Part shown: positions 15,229 to 18,194 of the stretch, one piece after another
Layout of the letters: each line of letters starts with the position of its first letter
Position numbering within the stretch: position 1 is the stretch's first letter
Origin: a virus
Lineage: Duplodnaviria > Heunggongvirae > Uroviricota > Caudoviricetes
Length of the DNA: 18,194 bases
Direction: 5' to 3' (one strand)
IMG/VR virus record: IMGVR_UViG_3300029107_000044
Coordinates: 1-18,194 of that record
Made by a program: the position numbers and the translations under genes
The notes under the pieces: generated by a model
What the model was told of the DNA's origin: nothing
Databases searched by the model: none
Seen by the model: the letters and a program-made list of their open reading frames with translations, nothing else

Positions 15229-16278
15229 GTGCGGGTATTACTTAGACCTGTTCTGGTGCCTGAGCTTGGGCTGGTGGTCCTTAAGCCGGGCCGTGAATCC
15301 ATACAGATATTTCATAATCCTCGAGTGCTGGTGGAACCGGAACCAAAAAGCATGCGTAATCTGCCATCCGGAGTCGTTCCTGCCGTTCGCCAGCCGCTGG
15401 CGGAAGACAAAACATTGCTGCCGTTTTTTAGTAACGAACGGGTGATTCGTGCTGCTGGCGGCGTTGGCGCATTGTCCGACTGGCTATTACGTCATGTTAC
15501 ATCCTGCCAGTGGCCTAATGGCGATTACCATCACACTGAAACAGTCATTCACCGTTATGGTACCGGCGCAATGGTGTTGTGCTGGCACTGCGACAACCAA
15601 CTGCGTGACCAGACATCGGAATCACTGGAGCTGCTTGCTCAACAAAATCTGACAGCATGGGTGATTGACGTCATCCGTCACGCAATAAGCGGTACGCAGG
15701 AGCGGGAATTATCTTTGGCTGAATTATCCTGGTGGGCGGTCTGCAATCAGGTGGTGGATGCACTACCTGAGGCTGTATCGCGTCGTTCGCTGGGATTACC
15801 AGCGGAAAAAATCTGCTCGGTGTACCGCGAAAGCGACATCGTACCGGGAGAGCAGACCGCCACCAGCATATTGAAACAACGCACAAAAAATCTTGCACCG
15901 TTGCCTTACGCCCACCAGCAACAAAAATCACCACAGGAAAAGACGGTGGTAAGCATCACCGTTGATCCAGAGTCTCCGGAATCTTTCATGAAGCTGCCTA
16001 AACGTCGCCGCTGGGTTAAGGAGAAATACACACGTTGGGTTAAGACACAGCCGTGTGCTTGCTGCGGTATGCCAGCCGACGATCCGCATCATCTGATTGG
16101 TCACGGGCAGGGCGGAATGGGAACAAAAGCACATGATCTCTTTGTGTTGCCTTTGTGCAGAAAGCATCACAACGAGCTGCATACGGATACAGTGGCATTT
16201 GAAGATAAGTATGGCTCCCAACTGGAGCTGATATTTCGTTTTATCGATCGCGCGCTGGCAATTGGCGTACTGGCGTAA
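15229..16278 (+). CDS. ydfU: YdfU-like DUF968 protein (Cys/His-rich C-terminal domain)
   Basis: GTG start at 15229 with a GGAGG RBS gives 349 aa, the length of K-12 ydfU; the track ORF starts at an upstream ATG (15190). C-terminal CACCG...HHLIGHGQGG...CRKHHNELH cluster. Confidence 0.65.
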   Translation: MRVLLRPVLVPELGLVVLKPGRESIQIFHNPRVLVEPEPKSMRNLPSGVVPAVRQPLAEDKTLLPFFSNERVIRAAGGVGALSDWLLRHVTSCQWPNGDYHHTETVIHRYGTGAMVLCWHCDNQLRDQTSESLELLAQQNLTAWVIDVIRHAISGTQERELSLAELSWWAVCNQVVDALPEAVSRRSLGLPAEKICSVYRESDIVPGEQTATSILKQRTKNLAPLPYAHQQQKSPQEKTVVSITVDPESPESFMKLPKRRRWVKEKYTRWVKTQPCACCGMPADDPHHLIGHGQGGMGTKAHDLFVLPLCRKHHNELHTDTVAFEDKYGSQLELIFRFIDRALAIGVLA

Positions 16279-16291
16279 GTGGAGAACGAGC

Positions 16292-17044
16292 ATGAACCTT
16301 GAAGCCTTACCAAAATATTACTCCCCAAAATCTCCAAAATTGAGCGATGACGCTCCAGCGACAGGCACCGGTTGTTTAACAATTACGGATGTAATGGCAG
16401 CGCAGGGGATGGTGCAGTCGAAAGCACCACTTGGGTTGGCCTTATTTCTGGCAAAAGTTGGTGTTCAGGACCCTCAGTTTGCGATTGAAGGCCTGCTAAA
16501 TTACGCGATGGCACTGGATAACCCGACATTGAACAAATTGAGTGAAGAAATCCGGTTACAGATTATTCCTTACCTCGTGAGTTTTGCCTTTGCTGATTAC
16601 TCCAGGTCTGCGGCAAGTAAGGCTCGCTGTGAGCATTGTTCAGGTACGGGATTTTATAATGTATTGCGCGAAGTGGTGAAACACTACAGACGCGGGGAAT
16701 CTGTAATCAAGGAAGAATGGGTGAAGGAACTATGTCAGCATTGCCATGGTAAGGGCGAAGCCAGCACAGCGTGCAGAGGGTGTAAGGGTAAAGGGATTGT
16801 TCTGGATGAAAAAAGAACCCGGTTTCATGGCGTACCGGTATATAAGATTTGTGGGCGTTGTAATGGAAACCGGTTTAGTCGTTTACCGACCACGCTGGCA
16901 CGACGTCATGTCCAGAAGCTGGTACCAGACCTGACCGATTATCAGTGGTATAAGGGGTATGCGGACGTCATTGGTAAACTGGTAACAAAGTGCTGGCAGG
17001 AAGAAGCATACGCGGAAGCGCAATTGAGGAAGGTGACGAGATAA
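16292..17044 (+). CDS. quuQ: late-gene antitermination protein Q
   Basis: ATG 16292 after a GGAGAA RBS gives 250 aa, matching K-12 quuQ in length. Multiple CxxC pairs (CEHCSGTG, CQHCHGKG, CRGCKGKG, CGRCNG), and a promoter plus terminator follow immediately. Confidence 0.75.
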   Translation: MNLEALPKYYSPKSPKLSDDAPATGTGCLTITDVMAAQGMVQSKAPLGLALFLAKVGVQDPQFAIEGLLNYAMALDNPTLNKLSEEIRLQIIPYLVSFAFADYSRSAASKARCEHCSGTGFYNVLREVVKHYRRGESVIKEEWVKELCQHCHGKGEASTACRGCKGKGIVLDEKRTRFHGVPVYKICGRCNGNRFSRLPTTLARRHVQKLVPDLTDYQWYKGYADVIGKLVTKCWQEEAYAEAQLRKVTR

Positions 17045-17075
17045 ATGATTTTTGCTGAAGATGGCGACATGATGT

Positions 17076-17104
17076 TTGCATTTTTCAAAAAATATGGATA
17101 AAAT
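17076..17104 (+). promoter_or_regulatory. late promoter (PR'-like) downstream of Q: TTGCAT-N17-TAAAAT
   Basis: Near-consensus sigma-70 -35/-10 pair with 17-nt spacing, 32 nt after the Q stop and about 50 nt before an intrinsic terminator. Confidence 0.5.
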
Positions 17105-17151
17105 TTTTTCAACGATGGGCTTTGTATACCCGACGTTAAGAAAAAGTAGAA

Positions 17152-17180
17152 AACCCGCTGATGAGCGGGTTTTGTGCTTT
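17152..17180 (+). terminator. intrinsic terminator (tR'-like) after the late promoter
   Basis: AACCCGCT-GATG-AGCGGGTT hairpin followed by TTGTGCTTT. Confidence 0.6.
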
Positions 17181-17465
17181 AAATGGGGCAATGGTAATGT
17201 TGAATCTCATCCCGGGACTCATGTCTGTTAACTTATTATTTAGCTGGTGACTTGGTTATTTGCCTGATGTTTAAAATGTTTTCTTCCAGTACAATGTCCC
17301 TAAACACAATGAGTCTGCTTATTATATTATTAGCAGAGCTATTACGGCCAAAGTACAGCATAAGCTTTTAAAGCCAATCAACCAGTCATCAAGACAGACG
17401 GGGTTATTCATAAAAACTCTCCATGTGTGATCCGATGGGGCCTGAAATTAAAGCTTTAATATAGC

Positions 17466-17678
17466 TCATGAAAGGTAAACATTGGCAGCTGAAGGGCCAC
17501 GCAGACCATTTATCCGGCAAAATTCCACGCGTAATCCGGTGGTAATTTCTTCTGCATCGCGGAGATTGAGCGCTGAGACATGAAGCTGGACATCGATACG
17601 ACCATCGGATGGGGTGATAAGACCCTTGCCGCTTTTGCCGTCAAAGGTTTTGACAATTCCTGTCATTTTACGGGACAA
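17466..17678 (-). CDS. cspF: cold-shock-protein family protein CspF-like (lacks canonical RNP motifs)
   Basis: 70-aa [34 protein letters not shown]...[11 protein letters not shown], matching K-12 CspF as I recall it. Confidence 0.8.
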
Positions 17679-17978
17679 AAAAATTCCTTAATACTGATAA
17701 CTTGGCGCACTATACACACGTTCCTGAAGAAAGCTATAGTTTTTTGATGGGGTTGAAGATGGCTGGATGTCTAAAATAAACATTGCTTCATATGTTCAAC
17801 TATGCGTTAATGATTGCGTCGGTTTGAAGAACAGACGATATACGAAGTAGTTTACTAAAGCAGTTCTCATTTCAGGTGTTATTCACTTATTCCTTCTTTG
17901 AGTCTCTCCAATTAAGTACGAAGTCGTTTCTGTTATACAAACCATTTATGCCGAAAGGCTCAAGTTAAGGAATGTAGA

Positions 17979-18194
17979 ATGTCAAATAAAATGACTGGTT
18001 TAGTAAAATGGTTTAACGCTGATAAAGGTTTCGGCTTTATTTCTCCTGTTGATGGTAGTAAAGATGTGTTTGTGCATTTTTCTGCGATTCAGAATGATAA
18101 TTATCGAACCTTATTTGAAGGTCAAAAGGTTACCTTCTCTGTAGAGAGTGGTGCTAAAGGTCCTACGGCAGCAAATGTTATAATTACCGATTAA
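17979..18194 (+). CDS. cspB: cold-shock protein CspB-like (could be a CspI-like paralogue)
   Basis: 71-aa [41 protein letters not shown]... with canonical RNP1/RNP2 motifs; the stop coincides with the window end. Confidence 0.8.
   Translation: MSNKMTGLVKWFNADKGFGFISPVDGSKDVFVHFSAIQNDNYRTLFEGQKVTFSVESGAKGPTAANVIITD

Noticed and set aside
14889-15302. 137-aa minus-strand ORF overlapping the 92-aa ORF and the ydfU start
   Set aside because: It is antisense to two co-directional, RBS-supported ORFs and is Pro/Arg/Ser-rich.
16262-16291. Upstream TTG start for the Q gene (track ORF 260 aa)
   Set aside because: It overlaps the ydfU stop and lacks an RBS; ATG 16292 with a GGAGAA RBS gives the expected 250-aa protein.
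1-18194. CRISPR arrays, tRNA or rRNA genes
   Set aside because: No regularly spaced direct repeats with unique spacers and no tRNA- or rRNA-like sequence seen. The only periodic repeats are the five replication iterons.

Overview
This window reads as the early and regulatory half of a lambdoid prophage of the E. coli Qin/Kim (dicBF) type, from its integrase end through to the Q antiterminator and the cspF/cspB morons. All identifications are by eye and recall from the sequence and the ORF track; no database search was run. Left to right: an ImmA/IrrE-like Zn-peptidase plus a membrane protein outside the integrase end (1-968); tyrosine integrase and excisionase (1003-2216, - strand); a large RecE-like exonuclease (2275-4749, -); a minus-strand dicA-ydfA-ydfB-ydfC-DicF sRNA operon (5269-6776) with divergent dicC-like cro and a YdaT-like gene; a replication initiator with internal iterons (7570-8535); a translationally coupled 140-aa ORF and a truncated DNA methyltransferase followed by about 1 kb of ORF-poor, apparently decayed DNA (8576-10400); a small AT-rich membrane-protein gene; an IS element whose DDE transposase is split at a G6 run (about 10960-12420); then flxA with a sigma-28 promoter, relB-relE-hokD, rem, ydfU, quuQ with a late-promoter-like element and terminator, and cspF/cspB. 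I found no CRISPR array, tRNA or rRNA. The most unusual parts are the truncated methyltransferase region near the window centre, the peptidase/membrane-protein pair at the prophage boundary, and the small membrane protein in AT-rich DNA.
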